A stretch of 54,597 nt of DNA, filler included, from Sphacelaria rigidula (lineage: Eukaryota), in the NCBI GenBank assembly GCA_964200075.2. It is 5 parts of 5 records of this genome, joined end to end, with 100 filler letters (N's around TTAATTAATTAA, not from the genome) between each part and the next. Parts side by side here need not be neighbours in the genome. Positions count along the whole stretch, not along the records: positions 1 to 10,840 come from CAXNAA020005820.1; positions 10,941 to 21,780 come from CAXNAA020005821.1; 3 more parts are not named here. One strand, given 5' to 3'. Every line of letters begins with the position of its first letter. Within the stretch, counting starts at the first letter, position 1. The notes under the pieces were generated by a model. It had not been told where the DNA came from, did not search any database, and worked only from the letters and a program-made list of their open reading frames with translations. Shown one piece after another: positions 1 through 13,210 of the stretch. A program made the position numbers and the translations under genes.

Positions 1-1023
1 GCCGTCTCTGGCCACCATCTTTCTCCTAGTGTAGCCATCGTTTTCTCCCTACTGTCTAATGCATCAAACAATTTGGGTGAGAGGGAAGGAAGCACGGAGA
101 AGAGAAGATAGGGGGAAAGTGGAGAGAGAAACAACCAGAAGGATGATACAGGGGCTAGATGGCTTCGTCTTATCTCTGCTCCTCGCACTAACTCTTGCCA
201 GGTGTTTGTACTTGAAGAGATGGGAAAAAAGAACGCGTGGTGAGTGTTCCAAGTGCCTCCGAAATCAACACGTGCTATCTCTGTGGGATATGATTCGTTC
301 ATCTCCCGCCCGCACTTCGACGTACAAAATATTGTCTTTTGTGTGTGTTTCCTCTTCTTCTTTTCCTTGCCCTTCCTGTGTTGTATTGCCTCCGCATGCT
401 ACACTAGTGTTTCTGGCGTTTTCCTTCGGGGTCAACGGTGGCGAGTCCGAATGGTGCGGTCTACACATGGCTGCGTCGTAACGTGCTTCCGCGGATTTAC
501 TTTTCCTCGTACAGGGTCGTCTCTGGAGCCTTGATGATGGCTCATTCGAGGTTCTCTCGAGGTGGCTCTTTTTGCTTGTGCTCTTTCTCTTTCTTGCCTT
601 GATCATTTTCGAAGTTTCCTTGAGCGAGTATTTCCGGTTAGCTACCTTGCGGACGCGTTTCTCTGGAAGCAACCCACGGCTGGATGTGTGGCGAATCATT
701 TAATGTGAAAAAATCAACCCATAAATCTACACCCATCGCGGCAAAATTGTGTGCTATAAATGGGATCAGCTATGTTTTCTCAGATTTGTTGTACTACAGT
801 ATGCTGGTGTATCGCGGGGTTTCACCATAGTGTGGCCATGCTGGGCGTGTCACCCACCACCCTATGATGATACCCCTACCGCATTCCGAGAATAACACTA
901 CACTGCCGTACCACCGCCATCACCACCGTCGCCAACACCATCATAACTACAATCAACATGTTACAGCACTTTTCTGTTTTTGTGCGACGTGAAACGCGTC
1001 TGTGTGTTGTCTTGTGTGCACAG

Positions 1024-1064
1024 ATGGGCCCGATTATGGCGTTTACATTCGGCACCGCCACGAG
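1024..1064 (+). CDS. DUF389-domain membrane protein, internal exon (MGPIMAFTFGTATR)
   Basis: Polypyrimidine tract and CAG acceptor at 1021-1023, GTGAGG donor at 1065. Peptide resembles the DUF389 '(SPL)MGPI.A..FG' segment. Phase 2 joins the next exon. Upstream exons were not found in this contig. Confidence 0.75.
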
Positions 1065-1465
1065 GTGAGGGACAGTGGGGGGATCTTATGTGAGGGGAGC
1101 ATAGCTGCTGGCTGTAGGCGTGACGAGGAATACTGTGTATCGTATGGCGGGTCTATATATTATGGCGTCATATGCTTTCCTGTACTTGAATATTAAATGG
1201 AGGAGGGAAGCGGTGCCGCAGTTGAAGTATTCACTCTTTGTATTGCTCAACACCCGACGTGATTATACCTTATTGGTGCAAAGGGACCACGGGTGGTAAG
1301 CGACGATGAAACGATTGGCAGCTGTAGCAGATTCTTGTCGTCGATACTCCCCAGATAGATTCCCCCATGGAAGATGTTTCACGCCATGCATAATCGAAGA
1401 CGAATCCCCTCGTGATGGCAATCGCCTTATCATTTCCTGTTACCTTGTTCTGCTGCCTGGTCCAG

Positions 1466-1611
1466 GGACTGGGGAATGGTCGGGAGCGGGCTAGCTGTGG
1501 AGGCCCTGTCTTTGTTCATGTGCGTCGTGGTAGGCTTCTTGTACGGCGTCGGTTCCCTCGACAACCTCGAGGAAGGAGAATGGCCCACGGAGCAAATGTT
1601 CTCCAGGGCAG
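1466..1611 (+). CDS. DUF389 protein exon (RDWGMVGSGLAVEALSLFMCVVVGFLYGVGSLDNLEEGEWPTEQMFSRA)
   Basis: TCCAG acceptor and GTGGGC donor. Hydrophobic helix followed by the WPT.EM.SR-like motif typical of eukaryotic DUF389 proteins. Phase compatible with flanking exons. Confidence 0.8.
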
Positions 1612-3024
1612 GTGGGCCGATGATAGTCATGAGCATACTTGTACATGATGGACTGCAAACCGCCCAACCCGTCCCGGTGGCAATAGGCGATTGCCTTACA
1701 TTCTCGCGAAGTGCTGGATTCCACGTTCCCAAACACTTGTCGAAAGGTATGAGCAGGATTATCGACAAGGTGTTATCATGTTTGGCGATCAAAATAGGCA
1801 TTTTACATAATTGAGGATTATTTTGTTTTGAGTATGAGCTTTAGGAACCTTCATGAGCATCGAAATATTCTCGGAAACAAAATACGAATTGACTAGTCGT
1901 CCGTGATGTGCGGCCTCGCTCATCCTGAAAGGAAATCCATCCGCACAGTTTGTAAAGTCTCGTGTTCACAGGGAATTCAGACGAATAAGAACAGTTTTGT
2001 TTTGCGGGAATGAGCGGAAGTCGAAATTATTTGGTGTACACACGGGATCTCACAGGTTGCAGGTAGAATTTTGTGAGGATGAGCGAGGCTACACGTCACG
2101 CCGGAGAGAACATTTGTATTTTTGCTTCGAAAGTATTCTGATGCCCATGAAAGGTCCCAAGGTTCATCCTCACAGCAAAGTTGATCCTCCGATTGTAACA
2201 TCTTGTGAAAATCAGGTCTTCCTTTTTCACTCGTCTAACCAAGTCCACTGCTGGGAGGGTTATCCCCTGAGATCTTCATGCGTATTTGATGGTGGTAACC
2301 TCCTCCGGAAGGAATCTGAACGCTGCTTTATCCCACCGCCAACCGCCCCCAACTCCGCTGCTTTGTCTCACTGCCCACGATGGCGTACTCACCGAGACTT
2401 TCGGTCGGCTATTTCATGTTTGGATCGGACGACTGGAGAAGAAAGACGATTTAGTGATGACGGTGTTGGGATTTCCGTACTTCGCCTCGAATTATCACAA
2501 AACGCTGCAGCGCTCACCACCACAATGACCCCGGAGGATAGCAAGACCACATATTCAGTGAACAGTTATGGTGTGTGCAGTACGGGGCTGCGGGGTCACT
2601 GTGCAGGGAGCAGTGCAGTGCTGATTTCGGGCGGTGTCCATTTTTCGATCGAAAATGAGAACGTACATTGCGATGGAAGCTTGCGAGGTTGTCTTCTGCA
2701 GGGTACGGGAGTATTCGCGGCAGGGTATGGGGTTTCTAACAGAAGTCACAGGACTGTCGGGTACGGGTAATACTCGGCTAAATTCCCAAGGTATACAAAA
2801 AGCCGCGCCCTACAGAACAAAACCGTGGGAAGTTGCACGATCAAACGTCGATCGATATATAGAGGCTGGTTCAGGGTGGTGGCCCAAAACTCACTCCTTA
2901 GCAAGTACCGTTCGCAATATCTTCGCGATATGGTGTCATGCTGACCGCCATGGATAACCGAAGAGGGAAACATCAACGGATATTTGTTCAGGCCATGGCG
3001 GTGGCGCTAAGAACAAGACGGCAC

Positions 3025-3700
3025 CTCGACCAATCAGCGCGCGGGTTGAAAATATTCTGAAAGTAACGACACGGATTCCCAACATAAATTGTACCCAATC
3101 CTCACATGCTTCAAATCTTAGTAACCGCCATCAGCGGGAATCTACCGGAGGGGGGGGGGGGGATGAAGTTAGATATGATGAGATCGAAATTGTACCCGAC
3201 CCTGGGGTAGTTCGGTGACGTGGTGTTCTGACGTCGTCAGATTNNNNNNNNNNTCCCAACAAAAATTTTACCCAACCCTCACCTGCTTCAAATCTTAGTA
3301 ACCGCCATCAGCGGGAATCTACCGGAGGGGGGGGGGGGATGAAGTTAGATATGATGAGATCGAAATTGTACCCGACACTGTGGTATTTCGGTGACGTGGT
3401 GTTCTGGCGTCGTCAGATTTCCACTAATGGTATGAATGAATCAAAGACCGAAAAAGCCCCGTGACGACTTCCCTGTCTTCGCCGTAGAGAAGCCCCGACC
3501 GCCGTTAAACTCGACAGTTCGGCGGGTATCAGTGCTCCAAATAAAGTATGTTTAAAATATTTTGAAGATTCTCCACATTTTACCGGTTTCCGGGTTTTCC
3601 CACCGGGACCCGCCCGGGAAGGCCGTAAATAATGCTTCAACATGGAACATGACAAATGAGCACATCCTAGAGCAGGCCACCAAACATTTGTACACAGGGC
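3025..3700. repeat. Dispersed intronic repeat (second diverged copy at ~5155-5640), likely a non-autonomous transposon
   Basis: CTCGACCAATCAGCGC at 3025 and 5156, followed by colinear similar sequence (GTAAYCGCC..GGGAATCTA, ATTTCCACTRATG). Confidence 0.55.
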
Positions 3701-4387
3701 CGTTGCGTATCTCGAAAAACTAACGCAATGGGGTTGTTTTAACGCTAAACGTGGCTGGATATTTGTTCCGATACTAGATCACGATGTGAGGATTTTGTAT
3801 CTTTCGAGCTCGTTAATCGCCCAAAGGCGCAAATGCTCACGCCATTGTTCGTATACGTATACTATGAGGCATTGCAAAACTTTGCGAAAACGATATTTCT
3901 TTTTTTTTCCTATTCCGCCGGCTAACGTGGGTCCCAGAAAAGCATCTGGAGGTCTTTTGACCCCCTCCAGGACCCTGGGACTCCCGATAACCGACGAAAT
4001 ATGAAATCGAAAAACACGCTTCCTCCGAAAGTTTCGCAACGCCCCGGAGTATATGTATCCAGTTTTTCAGAGTCTAACGCCAAGCATGGGCGTGAGCATT
4101 TGCGGATGAACGGATTTCGGTATACACATGACGGTGATCCAGTCTGCAAATATATTTCGAAAGTCGTCACGGAAAGTGGTTGGAATTGATTTGTTTTCGG
4201 AGGAAACGTGTATATTTTTCTATCGTTCAAGACCAAACTTCCGCTGTGTCTCCAAGAAACAAAATACCGCTACCCACTTGACATCGCACAGTATCAGAGT
4301 CGCCAGGTGATGAAACTAGCAAATTAGCACTCGTTCGCATTCACCGACTACCCCGCTTATCTCTTACTCGAATATGCTGGGTCACAG

Positions 4388-4540
4388 ACAACAGCTCAAC
4401 GGGTCGGGTGCTGTCGTACGGTGTCATCGTGGCGATACCATCGGGCATGGGTATCGCGCTGTCGCTGCTGGACAAGAACGTGGGCGGCCTCGTTGGAGTG
4501 GCCATCAGCGCTTCCCTACTTCCCCCGGCCGTGGGCGCCG
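4388..4540 (+). CDS. DUF389 protein exon (..GRVLSYGVIVAIPSGMGIALSLLDKNVGGLVGVAISASLLPPAVGA)
   Basis: Contains the DUF389 hallmark LVGVAISASLLPPAV. GTGAGT donor at 4541. The acceptor at 4387 was chosen by phase and is less certain. Confidence 0.85.
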
Positions 4541-4891
4541 GTGAGTAAAAGCGACAAAGCTCATGTGCGCAAGTGCGCACGCCAATATGTGTTTCCGTGC
4601 ACACATAGAGGGTGTATCTGTAACCCTACTGAATCGCGAAGCGAGTGTGGTTGGTTTGATGGAGCCGGCACCGTTTTTCATTTGACAGACAAAAACATAA
4701 CAGCCATCGGCCGCACGTGACCTCGGTGCTGCCGCTCGCGGCAGATGAACCGGTCGTTAGGGGTGAACGAAGAATTCATTCCAACAACCGCAGTACAGCT
4801 ATGCGATCAATGTGGGATCATGATTCGGACGAACCCGACGATGGATGCAATTGACTGGTTCGTTTTCCACGATGTTTGCGTTTTGCGGCAG

Positions 4892-4965
4892 GTATGTACT
4901 GGGCTTACGCGCTCCTGGGGAACTCAATATGTGATTTTTCCGTCGACGGCCGGGACATGGCGCGC
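4892..4965 (+). CDS. DUF389 protein exon (GMYWAYALLGNSICDFSVDGRDMAR)
   Basis: TTTTGCGGCAG acceptor and GTGAGT donor. Phase 1 in, phase 0 out. Completes PPAV.AGM. Confidence 0.8.
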
Positions 4966-7900
4966 GTGAGTATGCTTGAAACGGGCAGAGTATATGCACG
5001 CTGGTTCACGCTCATGACGCAGAGTTGTGTCATAAGCACACGCCTTTCGAAATACCTGCTCATTCATCGCATAAACGATATCATCTCAAGAGCGTGGCAG
5101 CCGGATTTGTATACGTGTAAGGCCATAGTGATTGCGCTAAGGGCGAAAGCGTATCTCGACCAATCAGCGCTCTTCGAATTATTCTGAAATCGAACAATCG
5201 AATTCCAAGCCGAATTTTCGCTCAAATGAGACATGGTTTAAATCGTAGTAATCGCCTCCAGCTTGGGAATCTAACGGAAGAACAGATTCGAAAACGCTTA
5301 CTACAGTATCGAAGTATACCCGAGACCGTAGTGTTTCGGTGATGAGATGATTTGATGTCAAATTTCCACTGATGATACCCACGAAAGACCCGAGAAACCT
5401 CGTGACGGTTCCCCATACATCTGTCGTTGAAACGCGTAGGCTATCCTCAAACTTGGCAGTTCCGTAGATGCTGGTGCTCCAGATATAAAAATTGTATTCT
5501 TGATAATATTTCGAAGTTGCTCTGTTCTTTGCGGGCTTCCGGGGGTCTTCACGCTGGTACCCCTGGAAGGCGGTATATAATGCCTCAAAAGAAAAAACAA
5601 AATGATACGTTCCGGGGAAGTACAAGGAACATATGTACAAAAGTTGGTTGAGAAACTCGAAAACCTCCTACAGAATTTCTCGCCTTCACGTCGAATACGC
5701 ACGAAAAATATGTTTTCATACTAAATCCAAGTGGTTAGGAGTTTGCGCGTTTCTAGCTCATATCATCGCACAAACGCGCAAACCTTCACGCCACTCTCAG
5801 GAGTTAAGAGACAGAATCTTTCCACAAATGTGCTTCGGGTCATTACGCAACTTTCAACGGACGAGGGTTTTCTTCCCTTCTACCTTTTTACCGCTTTTTC
5901 GGGGGTCCGACAGGATCCAAGTTTCCCCGATGAACCTGAGACCTAAAAAAACGGTGAAGAGAGTCAATGAGTTGAATCACAGTCCTTCGAAGTTGCGTCA
6001 TGACTTACAGCAAGATTGTGCAAATTTCGACGATCTAACTCCTGAACACGGTGTGAAGTTTTGCGGATGACTGCTCTTAGGTTGACAAGCATGAACCAAC
6101 CTGTATACAATACATTGTAGTTTTTTTCTTGCCTAGTGATGCAGTGGTAATGTATTGCTTTACTTACGTCAATTATTATAATCTACATCACTACTGACCA
6201 CTTTGAAAAACTTAAATCGACATGCGACCAGGTCGTTCGTGCCTGATATAGTCCGGGTAGGTATTGATACCTGTAGTACGCTCTCACGTTTTCAGATATT
6301 TTGAGCAAGTAGATTGCACATCATCGACACGAAAGAAATACTGGTAAGAAGTGGTTACGTTCCGAAACAAGCAAGCGCAACAAAAATATAAAATCGAGGT
6401 TCTTACAAACGTAATATTAGTGATGTGGGGTGCCGGGATGTATATAGTACCTGTCAGGGGAAACGTCATACAGCAGCGCCGCACCGCACCGACCTTCCCA
6501 GGCACATCGTAAATCACCGTGAGTATCCAGCTTCTTGACCTAGATCGGAATGGTGTGCTCTTGCACCCGGGCTCTTGAATATAATCTTGTCCCATACGGG
6601 TTGTCTGGTGCAGCACTGGCGAGCCTCGCGGTTGTCGTCAGCGGATTTGGGCAGTGATCCTTTCCTGCCCATTCGCAAGGTCTTTGCTCGGCTCGAGCTG
6701 AAGGCAGTTGCTTAGGGAGTGACTCCCGAGTATTGGAGTAGAGCAGGGATCGGCAGAAGCGGAACGGAGTGATTCGAAGTTCGTCTCACCACCACGGACG
6801 TAAGTACAGCTCGATCACGCCGTGCGCCTAGATGTGAACGTCTCCGCACGTATCTTGGTCTATGTGGATGTTCATCGATAACAACGCTTTAAGCCGCAGG
6901 GAGTGGTGTAATGCCAACGAGATGTACACAATCCCGCAAGATGCACGCAGCGTGTAAGCACAACGATCACGCGCGACAGGCAGAGACCTCGGGGGCACTG
7001 TGTACATCTGAAGACAGGCGATATGGTCCCAAGGCGCTGGGAAGAGAAAATTCATATCATTCACGCGTAAGAGCGCTCGCAGCCAGATGCAGGTTCCGGT
7101 GTATATTGGAGATGGCACCCTCAGAAACGTATTCCCGCCTGCACGGCAGCAGGTGGAGCACGCTCTGCCGGCTGCCCTGCAGAGGAGGACATTTGTGCAT
7201 AACCGGTTTGTTGAATATGTGAATATACCGGACTGTTCTTTCGAGTTGCCAATCCCTCCGCTCGGCAAGTGTTGCAAAATTCTCCTGTGAAATGTCAGGG
7301 ATGGCTCAGCCAGTATGGAGTGGAAAAGAAATGTCCTTGAAACACGAGTAGCCGTCGTGCAATGTAGCTTGTGCAAAAAAGAAAGGTCTGACTGGGCGGA
7401 CGTTGAAGTGCAGTGGGCTGCCATATTGTCGCGTAGGAAGCCATCATTAACGTCAGGAAACATGCCAAGAGCTTAGACAGTTTGTGAAATGTCTTTGATG
7501 CCCTCTTCTTCGTGCCATGCCCCTAGTATTTCACACGAGAGCCCTAGGCGAACAACAACATTTTCGCCAGATTGAGAGTCTAACTTCACACTGAGAGTGA
7601 GCTCTTTTTAGGAAAACGTTGTTTTTATGTGCTCCTATAAGTGAAAAAAACACTGATGGGTAACAGTGGGGAACGATCTCCATAGTTAAACCAACAAAAA
7701 AACGACAAGGAGCATTTCAACCATTGAAACGTTGCTCTTATTACCGCGCGCTGGTGTTCGTCGAGCAGATTGTGATTACAGGTCGCATATGATGTCATGT
7801 ATTGCAAACCTGTTCCTCCCGATCAATACATTGAATGAGAGTGTAGCATATGCAAGCCTATCAAGGACGTTCATCTGGGATATGGAAACCTATCAAGGGT

Positions 7901-8459
7901 ACTAAAGCCCATCTGGGATATGGACATCCACCTGAGACGTCCGTCAGGGAGACTCATCTGAAAGATCCGTGTCGTAGACAGATGTCCATATCACAAAGCG
8001 ATATCCACATAAATGGATATGCCAGATCGACCGCATCCCAGTTGGACATCCCAGGTGGAGGTTATACAAAAATTCGAGACCGTAATGCTTTATAGGTTAG
8101 TTGTTATTGCCTAGTCTAACCCTAGGAACATCTGAGCTAACCCCAGAATCTACTTGTTTTGCACTCCACGTTTCGTCAAAAACGGTTACCCTATCCATAT
8201 TTTTATGACACCATACGGAACGTCTAACCCAGGGCACACCCCTGTATCGCTCCCTCCAGGATCTCGAGCTATTGCTGAACCAGTGTGGAATGGCGCACGA
8301 GCGACTTCGGCTCACACTGCAGTCTCGGAAAGGGTAGTCGAAGTTGTTAGTGTAATATTTCTAGTTTCCATTTGTAGGTTGACTATAGTGGAATGCTCGT
8401 AAAACGTATCGCCGGCAAGGGGAGTTAAGATCCATCTTCCCCCCAATGTGTGCGCACAG

Positions 8460-8619
8460 GGAGGAGCAATATCGTTTGCACTGACGCTGGTCAACATTGT
8501 GTGCGTCACTCTCTCAGCGCTCTTCATGTTCCATCTCAAGCGAGTGGTGCCGTCTATGCAAAACGAGAGTTTCTGGAAGCGCGACTTTTTGAACCATGCA
8601 AGATCGCACAGCATACCCG
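8460..8619 (+). CDS. DUF389 protein exon (GGAISFALTLVNIVCVTLSALFMFHLKRVVPSMQNESFWKRDF...)
   Basis: CAG acceptor and GTACGT donor. G.IS..LT.VNI is the last DUF389 transmembrane motif. Phase 0 in matches the previous exon. Confidence 0.85.
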
Positions 8620-9066
8620 GTACGTCGCCATTATCGCCGTTGTGTAGGGTTTAGAGTGCACGCCCTTTGTCCCAATTGTCCGTGCTCTCTTACTACACAA
8701 ATATTCACGTAGTTTGGTTGCCTCAACAGCCTAGCCGCTAGTGGTGAGATAAATCATGATATTTTCTGTTTTTGCCCTATAAAGGGTACAATCAGTGAAG
8801 AACGCACCCATTAGCTCCAGTGTTACTGTTGACCGTTGTGTATGTGCCTATTTCAAGCCTACTCTTCGTAAGCTTATTAGTACGAGGTTGAATTTTCACC
8901 GATCGCGGGGCGTACGTTCGATGATTGTTCCCTCTGTATGCTTGCAGCTTCATGAGCCTATTGTTTCAGATCTTAACCGACTGTTTTTCTATTTGTCTCT
9001 TTTCATACGTCTCATTTCACGCGCACCTGACTTCGCCTCTGCCTCCCCGTCTTGCTTGCCGTCCAG

Positions 9067-9116
9067 ACGATGAAAGACAAGGCGATCTTGCCGACGTGTA
9101 CAAGCTCCTTCAGCAG
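9067..9116 (+). CDS. Probable further DUF389-gene exon (DDERQGDLADVYKLLQQ)
   Basis: Pyrimidine tract and CCAG acceptor, GTAAGG donor. Phase 1 in matches the previous exon. Confidence 0.6.
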
Positions 9117-9696
9117 GTAAGGGCGACACGTTCCCAACACAGCCAATACGATGCCATTATTTTGTTCATAGTTTGGAGTTACATTCGCATGTGGCGTAGG
9201 GGAGCGTAGTAGTACTTCTCGCATGAACAACATGTTCGCCAGATTCAGCGTCCATCATTAAATTGAGAATGGGGATTCACAAGGGAAACGCCATTTTTGT
9301 GTGTTTCGAACATGGATGGAACACTGACATTTCTCGATATCACGGTTATCATGCCGCTTTAACAGATCGCCCACCCTAGCGGTCCCAGGGTCAATACCAA
9401 TGACGTTGCGTAGAACGATTAAGGCTGAGAAAAGCTAGTTGTACAAGTATGAATAGAGAACGATACGTGTCGTTGAACAAACACTGAGAAAAGAAGAATG
9501 GAGGGATGCTACGGCGAGGGTGCACAAATATTTTCTGAGGTTAGAATTGTTAGGGACCTTTTATCTCGTGCCAAAGACGACTTATGAAATATGTGAGAGT
9601 ACGCCAGGATAACTATTCCAATGTGCTAGGGGCGTCCCGAATAAATTCGCAAACGGGGTGCCCTGGCCCATTTTCTTGTGCACCTAGAATCTTTAG

Positions 9697-9747
9697 GAGC
9701 TCCTCAACCAGGCAAGATTTCGCGCAAAAAGTGCACCCCTACCGTAG
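9697..9747 (+). CDS. Possible terminal exon of the DUF389 gene (ELLNQARFRAKSAPLP*)
   Basis: TTTAG acceptor, phase 0 compatible, ends in TAG. No homology support. Confidence 0.3.
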   Translation, partial: ELLNQARFRAKSAPLP

Positions 9748-10409
9748 CATTGCTCAATGGTGTTATGAATCTCCGGGCCATTCCTCTCATAAATGCGCCG
9801 CTACACATGGAGCAGGTTATGACCATACGTCCCACGCAATGGCATGTATTCCAAAATATCCTTGCGACCAATGCGTTGAATGCGAGTGTAGCGTATTAAC
9901 TCGTCGAAATTCCAAGAAATCGTATGTTGGTGTTTGTTTGCTTTCGGGTCATACATTCAATGACGAACTCTTTTTTCGGAAGGTTGGCTCTCTGACCGCC
10001 AGTTTGCACGTGAGTCGTAATTGTACACTAAACTCACGACTGTGGTCGAGGATAATATTTCCGTGTTTTACAGCGAACCCGGTGTCTTCCTTTTTTGTCG
10101 CTGGGTGTTATGTGTCAAATCACCGTTTCGCAGACTGGGACACAGGGCTCCTTACAGTACAACGTCGTCGGCCCTTCAGTCCCAAAGCGCATGCACGGGC
10201 AAGAGGAGAAGAAGTGCTAAACAGGCGTCACTTTCAACCCTGGGAGTACGATGTGAAATAGAAAGAAATAAGCCAAGTGAATAGTACTGCTACGGGTAAT
10301 ATTATGCGAACGATGATGGTAATGCGTTCGCCCTAAGAGGACGACGTGAAGGAAAAATAATGAACTAGGCAACCGTTGGTACTACCCTCCGTCCTACCTC
10401 GCCGTACGG

Positions 10410-10767
10410 TGTTCCGAGAATACTCCCTAGCATGAGGTTTTACGCTTGACAACCCGTCATCGAGTGATACCCAGAACCATAGCAAACGCCCGGGTTCCTC
10501 TCGATAAACATATAAGGGAGCAAGCAATGGGAATGTTCGATACGGTGGCGGCGTTCAGTACAATCAACGCCAAGGTGGAGAAAATTAGCAGGGTTGACGG
10601 GACTTGATGCGACGAGCGGCAGGACTTCATCTACTTCGTGCCTTTGGTTGTGGCGCCCGACGTAGCCGTGGCGCCCGACGTTGAACGTCGCGACTTGTGT
10701 GCTAGAGTGCAAGAACTGAAGATTCAGTCTCCCGCCTCAACGCCCAGCTCGACAATGGTTCGCCCGG
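10410..10767 (+). mobile_element. Possible LTR (TG...CA) followed by a PBS-like sequence, near the contig end
   Basis: TGTTCCGAG...CTCGACA imperfect inverted ends, then A-TGGTTCGCCCGG (TGG-initiated, as for tRNA-primed PBSs). No second LTR is visible. Confidence 0.3.
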
Positions 10768-10840
10768 ATAAATAAAACATATCAAACTGTAACGCTGTCA
10801 CAGATGTTGCCAGTTCCGTGTTGTCATCGTGACGACCTCT

Positions 10841-10940
10841 NNNNNNNNNNNNNNNNNNNNNNNNNNNNNNNNNNNNNNNNNNNNTTAATTAATTAANNNN
10901 NNNNNNNNNNNNNNNNNNNNNNNNNNNNNNNNNNNNNNNN
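10841..10940. other. Artificial contig linker (N44-TTAATTAATTAA-N44)
   Basis: Six-frame-stop spacer embedded in Ns. Identical linkers at 21781, 32720 and 43659. Confidence 0.97.
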
Positions 10941-11229
10941 GTATGGGATACCGCGGTAAATACCGGGGGTATGCTCGGTACGGTACCTTACCTACGGTGC
11001 CTGTGCAGGATTCACTCACAGTTCGGAGTACTGGTGATTGATTGCGCCGTACTGCTGCGTGCAGTACAGTTACATTGCTGTGAAGTTTAAGCGGTACCTT
11101 TTGTCGTTGCTGATTGGCGCTATTTTACGCCTATGTTCGTGCTGTGCAGTATTGATGTGTGCTGTGCCGTTTGTATCCACCGTTCAAGATTTGAAAGTCT
11201 ATCTCTGGACCGTTCTTCTAGCCGTAACC

Positions 11230-11649
11230 CAGAAGATTTGCCCAACTTGTCCCGTTGTAAGGACACACCGTGTATCTACCTACCTCGAATCACGTGTGTA
11301 TCTGCATACTCTGCGAGAAAATTATCATATGGGAACGAAGTATCGTGAAGCGCGAATAGATGAATCGACGCTGTGTGCCGTTCGGACTCGCAACAAAGCC
11401 GTACCGTAGGTGACGAGGGGTATCACCCCCGGTTGTAATTTACCACCTCAGGTGATATCCGCCGTCACCACCTACGGTACGGTTTTGCTGCGAATCCGAA
11501 CAGCGCAACGCTGATTCATCTATCCGCACTTCACAACACTTCGTTCCCTTAAGACGAGTTTTTTTATAATATGCAGCGGTATGTGCCACTCGAGGTGGGT
11601 AGGTACACGGTGTGAGCTTGCAACGGGACAAGCTAGACAAGCCCTCTGC
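11230..11649. repeat. Long inverted repeat / hairpin (~200-bp arms, centre ~11438); MITE-like or hairpin-RNA candidate
   Basis: CTTGTCCCGTTGTAAG...CCGTACCGTAGGTG on the left arm; CACCTACGGTACGG...CTTGCAACGGGACAAG on the right arm. Confidence 0.85.
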
Positions 11650-12565
11650 GTTAACGTAAGTTTAGGGGTTTTGAACGTAGACGTTCCCAAACCGCGACAA
11701 CGGCGTTGAGCGTTTTGATATTGAAAAAAAGAAATGTAAGTGTTTACCAAGTCAGGGTCGCTTGAGATTGCATTCATTGAAGAGATTGCCCCATTTCAAC
11801 ATTAAATCGCGCTGCGCATAAAAAGCTCTTCACCCCAGGCCTCGCACGGGCTTGACCACGCACGAAACGACCGTTCGTGCGAATGGGATAGTCAGCAGGA
11901 TATACGATGCTTGGATCTACGATGTAGTAGACGGTTACACGCGGCGGCATTCACGATGGTAGTTGGCGTGTCGGGGATATACGTGAATGTGCAGTTGCCA
12001 CATCGAGTCTGAGACTGTTCCTCCGCAGTTCACTCTTTTTCTTCGGCTAACTGACAACATTGCACACGTCGGACAGCTCGTGAGCTACCGAAAAATCAAA
12101 TCGAAGGGGACTCTTAGATTGCTCATCCAAAAACACAAATTACGTGACAGCACGGCCCGAGAAGCCAAAGCGCTACCTCTGCGCTTCTCCGCGTGCTCGG
12201 TGTCCAGCGCTGTAGGGAGAAAATGTGGAAAAAGCGATCACATGAGCTAGCTCGTGATCCGGATCAGTACACTAATAAGAAGTAATATTTAGGTAGCTCA
12301 TGAGCTGTCCGACGTGTCCAACATTGCTACCTTCTACCCAACGCTGATCGACTATCAGCCGCACCCTCTAATCGACCATCACAGTCCTGTCCACAAAACT
12401 GTTCGGCGGGATCACGAAATACGGAACAATAACCACAGTTTCAAGGCGCTGAGTCTTCTTGGTATGCTCGAATATATTGCACTACTTTACCCGCGGCGGG
12501 CGCGAAACACATTCGTTCTTCCCTTACTGTGTGGTTATCGATCGTTGTGCCCCCGCAATATCTAG

Positions 12566-12752
12566 ATGTGGGGTCGTCAGACCAGGCAGTCTCAAGCTCA
12601 GACACGACATCCCCCATCACATCGGAAAGACAGTGGCGATTGTTTTCAGATTCCCTAGCATCGGAAGGACTGGTTATCGAACCTTGGGAGCAGCAGCAGC
12701 TGCAGAGACTGTGGGAAAAGGCCGTGGTCGGCGCGAACGCATTCGGTCGGAG
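12566..12752 (+). CDS. Exon of an unidentified multi-exon gene (DVGSSDQ...PWEQQQLQRLWEKAVVGANAFGRR)
   Basis: TAG acceptor and GTGGGC donor, open frame. Phase 2 out matches the 13211 exon. Confidence 0.5.
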
Positions 12753-13210
12753 GTGGGCGGCGTCAACATTACATTGATATTTCCTGTGGTGTACACATGA
12801 GCAATGGGGCCAAGACTCCCGCGATGGCATTGAAGTTACTCTGTGTTCATAAGTAGCTGTGTGTCTTTTTTGTATCCATTACTTCTGTACCATGGTTTCA
12901 CTTTTCGAGTTTAATACCTGACTAAAAAAAGTTGCAAATCTCGATGTTGCGCAGGAGCAAACAATTCTATTCAGAACCCGAACCCCATGAACCTATGACG
13001 ACCAGTCACGACATACCCATGTCCAAACCCCACCTCCTCTGCGTTGACGACTTGTACTTCAACGGCGTTGTCCCTGCCCCGTTTTTCTTGTCTCAGCTCT
13101 CGCCCTATAATCAGTCTAGTACGAGCTGCCCGGTTCGTTGCCTGTTTGACTAGAACGCCCCAAGTGTTTGCTGATATTTATTTCGGCGTGTGCTGAACTT
13201 GCGCCGTCAG

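Noticed and set aside
3077-3420. Near-identical ~165-bp direct repeat on either side of a 10-N gap
   Set aside because: Typical of unmerged overlapping contig ends around a poly-G tract; probably an assembly artefact.
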